A stretch of 59,615 bases of DNA, filler included. It is 9 parts of 9 records of this genome, joined end to end, with 100 filler letters (N's around TTAATTAATTAA, not from the genome) between each part and the next. Parts side by side here need not be neighbours in the genome. Positions count along the whole stretch, not along the records: positions 1 to 5,372 come from SRR31156797_55736; positions 5,473 to 10,986 come from SRR31156797_55753; 7 more parts are not named here. The stretch is one strand, 5' to 3'. Position numbers and translations under genes: made by a program. The notes beneath the pieces were generated by a model that made no database searches, had not been told where the DNA came from, and was given only the letters and a program-made list of their open reading frames with translations. This document shows, piece after piece, positions 1-9,094 of this stretch (the first letter of the stretch is position 1; every line of letters starts with the position of its first letter).

Positions 1-279
1 GAACGGAGATGAAATAAATTACCCCTAATTAATAAAATTTCCGTTCCTAAGCGGGGCTGCTTTTTTTGCAAGCGTTTACAGGGCACCGCATCTGCCTTGT
101 TGCCGGGCATTTACGGCACCCTGCAAACGCATGCAATGCAGTGCTTTTTTGCACAATTGTTCGCTCAACCCCGTGAATGGTTACCTTTTTATGTGCTCTG
201 ATCCCCATTGATTTTCCTACCCATTTAGACAAGTCCATCAATCCCTGCTTGTAGATCCGTTTGCGTCCAAGATTTGGCC

Positions 280-309
280 TTGACAAACTGTTTTGGCAGG
301 CATAAGAAT
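280..309 (+). promoter_or_regulatory. Putative sigma70 promoter of the TetR gene
   Basis: TTGACA at 280-285, then 17-18 nt, then TAAGAAT; about 95 nt upstream of the likely ATG. Confidence 0.45.
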
Positions 310-402
310 AGGCCGTATTACGACTGAGCGTTCGTTCGGAATCGTAGTTTGGGTATTATTTTAAATTATTTCAATAATTTATGTCTATTTTTGGTAAAAA
401 AT

Positions 403-1035
403 ATGGCCAAAGGCGTCCCAACACAGGTTAAGAATCAGGCGTTGGTTAAACAGCGACGACGCCAGATCGTGGATGCAGCAGTCAACCTGTTCATCGAAAA
501 CGGCTTTCACAAGACCACCACACGGCAGATTGCCCGTGAATCTGGAATTTCCATAGGTTCCCTGTACGAGTATATCGCGTCAAAGGAAGATGTTCTTTAC
601 CTGGTCTGCGACGCTATCCACGCGGAGATCCGCCGTGGTGTGGACGAGGCTTTGAAACGTGCAAGCAAGGGAAGGAATTCCCTATCCGAAGTGATCCGGG
701 AATACTTTTATGTTTGCCACCGAATGAGCGATCATATCCTGTTGATTTATCAGGAAACACAGTCACTTCCACCCAAATGGCGACAGGTTGTTCTCGAAAA
801 TGAAATCCGGGTTACCGGCATTTTTACCGGTGTACTGGCCGATCTTATGGCCGCGGGAGAATTGCCTAAATTTTCGCCGTCCCAACTCGATCTTGTTGCC
901 CATAACATATCCGTTCTTGGGCACATGTGGACGTTCCGCCGTTGGTACCTGGCGAACCATTTCAGCATTGAGGGGTACATCGATTTTCAGACCAAAATCA
1001 TTTTGGGTATGTGTGGGGAGAATGTGACAGATTAG
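403..1035 (+). CDS. TetR/AcrR family transcriptional regulator
   Basis: N-terminal HTH 'IVDAAVNLFIENGFHKTTTRQIARESGISIGSLYEY'; ATG at 403 preferred over TTG at 349. Confidence 0.9.
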   Translation: MAKGVPTQVKNQALVKQRRRQIVDAAVNLFIENGFHKTTTRQIARESGISIGSLYEYIASKEDVLYLVCDAIHAEIRRGVDEALKRASKGRNSLSEVIREYFYVCHRMSDHILLIYQETQSLPPKWRQVVLENEIRVTGIFTGVLADLMAAGELPKFSPSQLDLVAHNISVLGHMWTFRRWYLANHFSIEGYIDFQTKIILGMCGENVTD

Positions 1036-1141
1036 GGTTCAATGGTTTGCGTATAATGGATTCAAGGAGGCACAAAGGAATTTAGATTTCATTAAAATAG
1101 AAGGTCGATACTAAATTTTACACGTCATGGAGGAGCAAAGC

Positions 1142-2296
1142 ATGGAATTTGAACTCAACAAAACCCAGAAAGACATTCAAAAGGCGGTAAGAGATTTCGT
1201 GAAAGGGGAGTTCGACAAAGAACTTGCCTATGAATTGGAGAAAAAGCATGAGTTCCCCCGAAAAATATGGAAAAAGGCATGTGACCTTGGATTGATCGGT
1301 GTTCATTATCCGGAAGAATATTCGGGGCAAGGGCTGGGTTCGTTGGAAGACATCCTTGTGGTGGAAGAGTTGTGCCGGGGTGATTCCACCATCGGCAGCG
1401 CCATCGCACTCTCCTCTTTTGCGTCTGAAATTATCATGCATTACGGAACCGATGAGCAAAAAGAGAAATACCTTCCGGCCGTTGCCGAGGGAGAGATGCT
1501 CTCCGCCGGTGCCTTCACGGAACCGGATCACGGTTCGGATATTACCTATATGGACACCACGGCTGTCAAAGATGGCGACGAGTGGGTGGTCAATGGTGGA
1601 AAGACGTTTATCACCAATGGTGGACTGGCCGGTTTTTACAATGTTTTGTGCCAGACCGATCCGGATGCAAAACCGGGATATCGAGGCCAGAGCCTGATTC
1701 TGGTGGAAGCGGATCGGGAAGGTCTTACCACGTCCGACGTGGGCGATAAGATGGGAATTCGCATGATGGCAACGGCAGAGGTTGTTCTCAAAGATGTGCG
1801 TGTGCCTGCAAAGAACCTCATCGGTGAGGAGGGCAAAGGCTTTTACCACGTGCTGCACTTTTTCGATGAAAGCCGTATCCAGATCGCCGCCCAGGCATTG
1901 GGGACCGCTCAGGGCGCTTTTGATAGGGCTCTCGCCTATGTGAAGCAGCGTGAACAGTTTGGTAAGAAAATTGCTCAATTTCAGGTGACCCAGCACAAAC
2001 TGGCGGACATGGCAACAAAGATCGAATTGGCTCGTTTGATGACCTACAAAGCAGCCTGGAATTTCGATCAGGGGCGCATCGATCCCAAACTTACCTCCAT
2101 GGCGAAAATGTATGCGGCACGCACCGCCGTGGAGGTTGCTGACGAAGCCATCCAGCTTCTCGGTGGGTACGGCTACATGACGGAATACGAAGTGGAGCGG
2201 TTCTATCGCGATGCAAAAATCACTGAAATATACGAAGGCACCAAGGAAATTCAGAAAAATACCATTGCCAGTGCATTAATAGGAAAACTGAAGTAG
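1142..2296 (+). CDS. Acyl-CoA dehydrogenase
   Basis: Motifs 'FTEPDHGSD', 'NGGKTFITNG', 'REQFGKKI', 'GGYGY..EY.VERFYRDAKITEIYEGT'; GGAGG RBS before ATG 1142. Confidence 0.95.
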   Translation: MEFELNKTQKDIQKAVRDFVKGEFDKELAYELEKKHEFPRKIWKKACDLGLIGVHYPEEYSGQGLGSLEDILVVEELCRGDSTIGSAIALSSFASEIIMHYGTDEQKEKYLPAVAEGEMLSAGAFTEPDHGSDITYMDTTAVKDGDEWVVNGGKTFITNGGLAGFYNVLCQTDPDAKPGYRGQSLILVEADREGLTTSDVGDKMGIRMMATAEVVLKDVRVPAKNLIGEEGKGFYHVLHFFDESRIQIAAQALGTAQGAFDRALAYVKQREQFGKKIAQFQVTQHKLADMATKIELARLMTYKAAWNFDQGRIDPKLTSMAKMYAARTAVEVADEAIQLLGGYGYMTEYEVERFYRDAKITEIYEGTKEIQKNTIASALIGKLK

Positions 2297-2299
2297 TTG

Positions 2300-2438
2300 A
2301 AACGTCTAAAAAATGTCTTCCAGCCCAATATCTTCGTTGGATTCTCATTTCAAATCCTCGACATATTTCATATATGCCTGCGGTCTGAAACGCGAATCCG
2401 CCTCGATCTTGAACCGGAATCTTAATTTTTAGGCGCTT
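2300..2438. repeat. Palindromic intergenic REP/MITE-like element
   Basis: Imperfect terminal inverted repeats AAACGTCTAAAAAAT / AATTTTTAGGCGCTT (12/15) with nested internal stems GGATTC..GAATCC, TTTCA..TGAAA, CATAT..ATATG. Confidence 0.55.
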
Positions 2439-2574
2439 ATAGGAATGAAACCCTTGTGACCGCTGGATCAGCAGCTTTCAGGACCTGTTTGGCAGACACC
2501 TACCGGTCTAAACCGAATAGGAGAAAGTAACCCGCTCGGCGGAACGGATCAACCGAAACTATCAAGGAGATCAC

Positions 2575-5372
2575 ATGAACGATACTATCTCTGCATACAA
2601 ACCCGTCAACAATGTCCGCGTTGTAACGGCAACGTCTCTTTTCGATGGGCATGATGCATCCATTAATATTTTCCGCCGAATCCTGCAAAGCACGGGAGTA
2701 GAGGTCATCCATCTCGGGCATAACCGTTCGGTCAAAGAGATTGTGGATGCCGCCATTGAAGAGGATGCCCAGGGAATCGCCATATCCAGCTACCAGGGCG
2801 GGCACATCGAATTTTTTCAATACATGATCGACCTGCTGCAAGAGGGAGGTGCCTCGCATATCAAGGTGTTCGGCGGCGGTGGCGGTGTCATCGTACCGGA
2901 GGAGATCAAGGAACTTCAGAATTATGGTGTCACCCGGATCTATTCCCCGGAAGACGGTGCGGCCATGGGGCTCCAGGGGATCATCAACGACATGGTCCAG
3001 CGGATGGATTACTCCCGCGCACAGGATGTCGACTTGGATCTGTCCGACCTGACCACGGATAACAAGCTTCGCGTGGCCAACCTGATTACAGCCCTCGAAC
3101 AAGCCAAAGCCCTGGAAAACGGACATTTGGCAAAATTCCGAAAGGATTTGAAGGAGAAGGTCGGAGCACGCAAAATACCGGTTATCGGCATCACCGGTAC
3201 GGGCGGCGCGGGCAAATCCTCCCTCACCGATGAACTGATTTTGCGTTTGCTTCACGATCTGAAAGAACTTCACATCGCCATTGTCAGTGCCGATCCTTCC
3301 CGCCGGAAAACAGGCGGGGCGCTTTTGGGAGACCGGATTCGCATGAACGCCATTGACAACCCGAGAGTGTATATGCGTTCCATTGCCACGCGGCGTTCAC
3401 ATACGGAGATTCCGGAATCCATGGGCGAGGTCCTGGAGGTGGTCAAGGCGGCCGGGTACGATCTGGTTATCGCCGAAACCGCCGGTATCGGACAGGGCGA
3501 TTCCCATATTATCGATCTGGTTGACGTTGCCATGTATGTGATGACCAGCGATTTCGGGGCCGCATCGCAGTTGGAGAAGATCGATATGCTGGATTTTGCC
3601 GATCTGGTCGTTGTGAACAAGTTTGAAAAGCGTGGCGGGGAAGATGCGGTACGCGATGTGAGAAAACAGGTCCAGCGGAACAGGGAAGCATTTGGGGCAA
3701 TGCCGGACGATATGCCCGTCTACGGAACGATCGCTTCCAAATTCAACGATGATGGTGTCACCGCTCTGTACCATGCGCTGCTGGATATCATCAAAGAGAA
3801 AACCGGTGTTTTTTATGAGTCGAGCCTCCCACGGGTCGACTCCAAGCAGTCTACGTCCAAAACCATCATCATTCCGCCCGAACGCACACGGTATCTTTCC
3901 GAAATCGCCGATACGTTGCGCAATTACCACAAGGAGACACAAGAGCAGGCCAATGCCATCAGGAGGGTCTGGCACCTGGAAGAGGCGGCGAAGTCCCTTG
4001 ACGATGGGAATCTCGAGGGCGATACGGATGCATTGTTATCTCAATTGAAAAAGGGGATTGAAGCCGCCCGTAAAGATTTGGGCGAAGAGACGGAAAAGTT
4101 GGTCGAGGCGTGGGCGGACACGAAAGCGGCCTATTCCGGTGACGAACTGGTCTACACGGTTCGCGGAAAAGAAATCCGGGTGCCTCTGTACAGCGAATCC
4201 CTCTGCCACCAGAAAATTCCCAAGATTTCTCTTCCGCGCTATACGGATCCCGGCGAGGTCTTCAGTTGGCTGAGACGTGAGAATCTGCCCGGGTTTTTCC
4301 CCTACACGGCCGGTGTTTTTCCCATGAAGCGAGTGGGGGAGGATCCCACCCGCATGTTTGCCGGTGAGGGGGACCCTGCACGTACCAATCAGCGATTCAA
4401 ACTGCTTTCTTCCAACAGCGACGCGAAACGACTTTCAACCGCCTTTGATTCGGTAACTCTGTACGGTTACGACCCGGACCGTAGACCCGACATATACGGA
4501 AAGGTAGGAAACTCCGGCGTGAGCGTCTGCACGCTGGACGATGTGAAAGTTCTATACGGCGGTTTCGAACTGTGCGCGCCCAGCACATCGGTTTCCATGA
4601 CCATCAACGGACCTGCGCCCATCATGCTGGCCATGTTCCTCAATACGGCCATTGACCAGCAGGTAGAGAAATACACCGATGAGAAAGGCCATCAGCCCTC
4701 CGATGAAGAGTACAACAAGATCAAGAACATGGTGCTGGAAAATGTGCGTGGCACCGTACAGGCGGATATCCTAAAAGAGGACCAGGGCCAGAACACCTGT
4801 ATTTTTTCCATTGATTTCGCCCTGAAAATGATGGGAGATATCCAGGAGTATTTTATTGAAAAGAATGTTCGCAATTTTTACTCGGTCTCCATTTCCGGTT
4901 ATCATATTGCTGAAGCAGGGGCCAACCCCATCAGCCAGCTGGCTTTTACACTGGCCAACGGTTTTACTTACCTAGAGTACTACCTATCCCGTGGAATGCC
5001 GCTGGACAGTTTTGCACCGAACCTCTCCTTCTTTTTCTCCAACGGGATGGATCCTGAGTTCACGGTGATCGGTCGGGTTGCCCGTCGAATATGGTCCGTT
5101 GCGCTTCGGGAAAAGTATGGCGCGTCCGTACGCAGCCAGATGCTCAAGTACCACATCCAGACGTCGGGCAGGAGTCTGCACAGCCAGGATATCCAGTTTA
5201 ACGATATCCGGACGACCCTGCAGGCCCTTTGTGCCATCTATGACAATGCACAAAGCCTGCACACAAATGCGTTTGATGAGGCCATCACTACCCCCACCGA
5301 AGAGTCGGTTCGACGTGCACTGGCCATTCAATTGATCATTAACCGGGAGTGGGGGCTGGCCAAAAACGAGAA
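2575..5372 (+). CDS. icmF: Fused isobutyryl-CoA mutase / MeaB-type GTPase (3' end cut by contig end)
   Basis: B12-binding 'FDGHDASIN', P-loop 'GTGGAGKSS', '[10 protein letters not shown]', 'ETAGIGQ', mutase domain '[13 protein letters not shown]', 'QADILKE', '[10 protein letters not shown]'. Confidence 0.92.
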
Positions 5373-5472
5373 NNNNNNNNNNNNNNNNNNNNNNNNNNNN
5401 NNNNNNNNNNNNNNNNTTAATTAATTAANNNNNNNNNNNNNNNNNNNNNNNNNNNNNNNNNNNNNNNNNNNN

Positions 5473-5505
5473 TGTGGATGCGCAACGGTTACTTTTGTTA
5501 GCATT
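5473..5505 (-). repeat. Partial attC-like site (inverse core of cassette 5), cut by contig end
   Basis: GTTAGCATT (5497-5505) is the exact reverse complement of AATGCTAAC (6216-6224). Confidence 0.65.
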
Positions 5506-5514
5506 TCGGTTTTT

Positions 5515-6192
5515 TTAATCTTTTTTCTTAAGGTCTTTTGTTTTAATTATTGATACAAAATGACTGAAGGAATTTCCAGCAAGATAGGTTATTCTCTGAG
5601 TAGCTGCCAAATGCAGTGATACTGCGAAAAATATTAAGATTGTTAGCGAGAAGTAAAATAAAATACTACTGGAAGTAATCATGGTCTTTAGAATAGAATT
5701 AGAAAACAAACTAAATGAACTAAGTATTAAGAGTAGTAACCAATATACAACTATCAAAAAAGATGTTCTCGACATTCTATAAAGCCTCATTTGATAATTA
5801 TAATCATGATTATATGATTCGCTTTGTTGCACCACATAATTATGCATTAAGTAATTCAGTTTTTTTAAATCATCTGTATTATCATTTATTTCTATTCCAA
5901 ATGTATTTTCAATTTCTTCTTTGGCTAATAAAATATAAGGTCTGTTTTTTATTAGATATCTTTTCCTAATTTTCTTTTCTATAGCCCAGAAAAAATATAT
6001 AGATGCAATGGAATTAAAGCTTAATCCACATAAATAAGCTCCACTAACAATAACTAATCCAAAAAATAAATTATTCTTGATAGCAAACATTTGAGTTATT
6101 ATTGTTTCGGGAATTAAGAATAAAAATGAAGCTTCAATTAAAACTCCAGCTAGAATGAATTCTATTAAATTTGAAGGATATTCAATTTTCAT
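5515..6192 (-). CDS. Cassette 5: hypothetical membrane protein (about 4 TM, 225 aa)
   Basis: Intact ORF with N- and C-terminal hydrophobic helix pairs; fills the cassette. Confidence 0.75.
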   Translation of the reverse strand: MKIEYPSNLIEFILAGVLIEASFLFLIPETIITQMFAIKNNLFFGLVIVSGAYLCGLSFNSIASIYFFWAIEKKIRKRYLIKNRPYILLAKEEIENTFGIEINDNTDDLKKLNYLMHNYVVQQSESYNHDYNYQMRLYRMSRTSFLIVVYWLLLLILSSFSLFSNSILKTMITSSSILFYFSLTILIFFAVSLHLAATQRITYLAGNSFSHFVSIIKTKDLKKKD

Positions 6193-6217
6193 AACATATT
6201 GTCTTTTTTTAACTGAA

Positions 6218-6346
6218 TGCTAACGTTCTTGCTAAAAATTGAGGGCGATATACAACTACCGCCTTATTAAAACCGCTAGCGTTTATTGTTTTTATTAACT
6301 TATCTAATTGAGCATCACCGTCCATTGATTTTAATTTTTGTTAGGC
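6218..6346 (-). repeat. attC-like site (129 bp)
   Basis: Minus strand GCCTAAC...GTTAGCA with imperfect arms TTAAAATCAATGGACGGTGAT / ATCGCCCTCAATTTTTAG. Confidence 0.7.
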
Positions 6347-6360
6347 AATCGTTTTGTTTA

Positions 6361-6657
6361 TTACAGCATGGAAATAAATTTTAATATAACACCTGCCATT
6401 AAAATTAGTAAGTCTATTACTATTCCTACTTTGATTTTGAATTTAAGCCTTATTACTCCAACTCCAATTAAAATACCAATAGCTCCAAGGATTGAATTAA
6501 ATAGTAAAACCCAATCTGGATACATTGAATAAAAGTAAATTCCAGTAGAATGATATAAGTATAACAAATATAAATTATCCCAAATCCAGTAAAGATTAAT
6601 TCCAATTATTACTAATCCTGTTAGGAGATTCCATTTTAATTGAATTACCTTATTCAT
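6361..6657 (-). CDS. Cassette 4, ORF b: small membrane protein (98 aa)
   Basis: Three hydrophobic segments; overlaps the upstream ORF by 8 nt. Confidence 0.65.
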   Translation of the reverse strand: MNKVIQLKWNLLTGLVIIGINLYWIWDNLYLLYLYHSTGIYFYSMYPDWVLLFNSILGAIGILIGVGVIRLKFKIKVGIVIDLLILMAGVILKFISML

Positions 6658-6961
6658 TCTTTAGTTTTTTATTTATCTCTGCTTCCAAATTCTTCCAAAT
6701 TTCTAAAATTATATTTGTCTTGGAATTGGCGATGCTTATCAGCTTTTCCCCATAATTCGAAAGAAAAATTTTTTTATTTTTCTCTAAAACAATTCCTTTT
6801 TGTATCAACCATTTTATTGATTCTTCTAATTCTCTATTCGTCGGAACGGCATGATTTATTCCGTCTGCAATTTCAGATATTTCTTTTCTCGCTGCTGGGG
6901 ATTTTTGAGAGGCAAAAGCTATCGCCAAAAGAATCCATGATATGGTCGTTGTTTTTTTCAT
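6650..6961 (-). CDS. Cassette 4, ORF a: hypothetical protein, possible winged helix (103 aa)
   Basis: ATG 16 nt after the GTTAGGC core; 'ELEESIKWLIQKGIV...IFLSNYG' resembles a wHTH helix and wing. Confidence 0.6.
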   Translation of the reverse strand: MKKTTTISWILLAIAFASQKSPAARKEISEIADGINHAVPTNRELEESIKWLIQKGIVLEKNKKIFLSNYGEKLISIANSKTNIILEIWKNLEAEINKKLKNE

Positions 6962-6970
6962 TTAAATGTT

Positions 6971-7026
6971 GCCTAACAGTAAATTGCATGCACCATAAGG
7001 GAGTTCGTGGTATTCCTTGGTTGCCA
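6971..7026 (-). repeat. Short atypical recombination-type site (56 bp)
   Basis: Minus strand TGGCAAC...GTTAGGC; weak hairpin; shares ATGCACYATAAG with the site at 10941. Confidence 0.55.
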
Positions 7027-7033
7027 GCAGTTA

Positions 7034-8077
7034 TTAATTAAGCTTTTTAATTTTTGCTTTTATTAATTCAAGATCCGTGTCTTTAAGTTCTAGTTTTATT
7101 TTCATATCCAATGAAATTGTGATGTCAGATTTTATGTCAAAATAATGATTGTTTTTATCAATACTTAAGCCAATTAATGTTATTTTTTCTCCAATTGGTA
7201 CATTTATATTTTCAATACTTTCACTTAGTGATATTATACTTTTATAATTTTGAAAAACACAAAAGTATTTCACATTTGATTTTTTATTTGAGGATATTTC
7301 AAGTGTAGTAATGTTTTCAAAATCTAGAAATTTGTCGAGGTTTATCCAATTTATTTTTAAAGAATTATACACTAATCCAATATCACTACTATATTCCAAA
7401 CCTGCCTCAGTATATATATCACCATAATATATAGTGTCAATTTGCTCTCCTGAAAAATAAGTAATGATCGAATCAATCTTTGTATAATTTCTAGTCCATA
7501 AAATTGAATCTAATGAAATCTTTCCAATCGGAATTTTAAAATTTCTATCATTGTTTATTTGAAAATAATCACTGATTGTCAGTCTATTATTTAGGAAAAC
7601 TCTATAATTTGCAGTTATTGTATCTGGAGTCCAGTTTATAGTATTTTCTAAAACTTGTCCATTAAAAATTTGATAATCTACATAATCGGTGTTTTCAATA
7701 AATTTTACGGAAATAGGCTTATTAATTCTTTCAATTTTTGTTGAGTTTCTAAATAACTCGATACAAATCATTCCTTTGGAGTCTAGAATCCTATCGTTTG
7801 AAGTTGTACTTAAGCCAGCAAAAATCATTTCTGATTTATTATAGTATTCTGCCAATTTTACTTTTATTGTATCAGTCGGATTTATATTTTTTACAATATC
7901 TTTTGGTAGATGAATTAATGTTCCCTTAATACCTGTCAATATTGTATCATTATTACCAATCATTTTAAATTCTTGTTCATTTTGATACCTCTGTGATTTA
8001 ATAAAATCGTCCGTAGTATATTCAACATTACATCCTATCAAAAGTCCTAAAATGCATACTATAAATGCTTGTTTCAT
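7034..8077 (-). CDS. Cassette 3: putative lipoprotein (347 aa)
   Basis: Lipobox-like signal 'MKQAFIVCILGLLIGC'; intact ORF filling the cassette. Confidence 0.75.
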   Translation of the reverse strand: MKQAFIVCILGLLIGCNVEYTTDDFIKSQRYQNEQEFKMIGNNDTILTGIKGTLIHLPKDIVKNINPTDTIKVKLAEYYNKSEMIFAGLSTTSNDRILDSKGMICIELFRNSTKIERINKPISVKFIENTDYVDYQIFNGQVLENTINWTPDTITANYRVFLNNRLTISDYFQINNDRNFKIPIGKISLDSILWTRNYTKIDSIITYFSGEQIDTIYYGDIYTEAGLEYSSDIGLVYNSLKINWINLDKFLDFENITTLEISSNKKSNVKYFCVFQNYKSIISLSESIENINVPIGEKITLIGLSIDKNNHYFDIKSDITISLDMKIKLELKDTDLELIKAKIKKLN

Positions 8078-8103
8078 ATTTTTTCAAGGTTAGTTTAAAT
8101 TAC

Positions 8104-8290
8104 TGGTAACGGCAGTCTGTCTAATAATTATTTTAAAGTCTCTGAGAATTGATTATTTTATAATTTCAAAAACTCTTGTTCAAATGCTTTAAAGTAACCT
8201 TCTACTTTTTAGACAGTCTGACGTTCAGTATAAATGGCTAGCCTTATGTTGCGCCCGCGGCAAGGCTATGACATTTATACATTGTTGTGC
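8104..8290 (-). repeat. attC-like site (75 bp once the MITE is removed)
   Basis: Minus strand GCACAAC-AAT-GTATAAATG..TAGCCTT-loop-AAGGCTA..CATTTATAC-TGAAC-[MITE]-GTTACCA. Confidence 0.75.
8113..8220. mobile_element. 108-bp MITE-like insertion
   Basis: TIRs CAGTCTGTCTAA / TTAGACAGTCTG (11/12, or 15/18 when extended); flanks ACGG and ACGT resemble a 4-bp target duplication. Confidence 0.7.
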
Positions 8291-8302
8291 TGTCGAGGTT
8301 TA

Positions 8303-8941
8303 TTATTTACTTAGCCTTTTTACTGTCAATACAAAACTATTTGCGAACTGAATGGCTCGAAAATGACACATAAACATTAACCCACCAAAAATCAAACAAA
8401 GAATCCAATTATCAACGGTCAAGCAGATAATTGTTCCCAAAAGTGTCGTAGTATATAATCCCTTAAACAAATCATTTAATGTATACCAATAATTTGCAGG
8501 TCCAAAGTTGTCCTTAATCTGTAATTGCGCACATGATTCCCAAAAGTGCTCGACACTATTCCATGTCTGATTAGTTTTATTCTCAAGTACTACAGAATTT
8601 ATAACCTTATTCTTATACATAAAGAAGTGAACCATTTTTCTAATAAACTCAACAATCCAATACTTTCTAATATTCCATTTTGTCAGTTTGGAGTGAAACG
8701 CTTTATACGTTTTCAGAGATAGGAAACCTAATCCGTGAAGTAGGTGTCCCAGTATATAAATTAATGGAATAACTATGATTACTAGAAGTCCTGCAAACTC
8801 CTTTATAAAAGTATGTTTCGAAAAGAAATCTTCAGTGATATTCAAAATAGATTCGAAGAAAATTAAATCCAAGGCTAATAATAGAAAAGCTCCTGAAGAG
8901 AAATAAACTAGAAAATCTCGAAGTGTAAAATTTGTTGTCAT
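8303..8941 (-). CDS. Cassette 2: hypothetical membrane protein (about 4 TM, 212 aa)
   Basis: Intact ORF; 2 N-terminal and 2 C-terminal hydrophobic helices around a soluble middle. Confidence 0.75.
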   Translation of the reverse strand: MTTNFTLRDFLVYFSSGAFLLLALDLIFFESILNITEDFFSKHTFIKEFAGLLVIIVIPLIYILGHLLHGLGFLSLKTYKAFHSKLTKWNIRKYWIVEFIRKMVHFFMYKNKVINSVVLENKTNQTWNSVEHFWESCAQLQIKDNFGPANYWYTLNDLFKGLYTTTLLGTIICLTVDNWILCLIFGGLMFMCHFRAIQFANSFVLTVKRLSK

Positions 8942-8999
8942 TAGCTATGATTGTTATTGTTCTGTTAATTATGAATTTAGAAGTCGTTCCCTCCATGCA

Positions 9000-9080
9000 G
9001 CACAACGGCTAGGCTATGAAGCGTACTTTTTTGTGTTGCGCCTGCGGCAAAAAAGTATGATTTATGAGCCATTGTTACCA
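9000..9080 (-). repeat. attC-like site (81 bp)
   Basis: Minus strand TGGTAAC-AAT-GGCTCATAAATCATACTTTTTTG-loop-CAAAAAAGTACGCTTCATAGCC-TAGCC-GTTGTGC; loop 16/17 identical to 8247-8263. Confidence 0.8.
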
Positions 9081-9094
9081 TTCGTTATTTCTAT

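Noticed and set aside
1118-1996. Long antisense ORFs (e.g. 1118-1996, 18131-19600, 20765-22111, 43190-44431, 47413-48609)
   Set aside because: Shadows of well-supported genes on the opposite strand in GC-rich DNA; no recognisable motifs.
403-5372. TetR-ACAD-icmF cluster as a novelty
   Set aside because: IcmF next to acyl-CoA metabolism genes and a TetR regulator is an expected arrangement.
5373-5472. Recurring N-run + TTAATTAATTAA + N-run blocks (also 10987-11086, 22056-22155, 28266-28365, 34176-34275, 40412-40511, 48638-48737, 53744-53843)
   Set aside because: Artificial all-frame-stop contig linkers. Genes across them are not neighbours, so no cross-contig systems were inferred.
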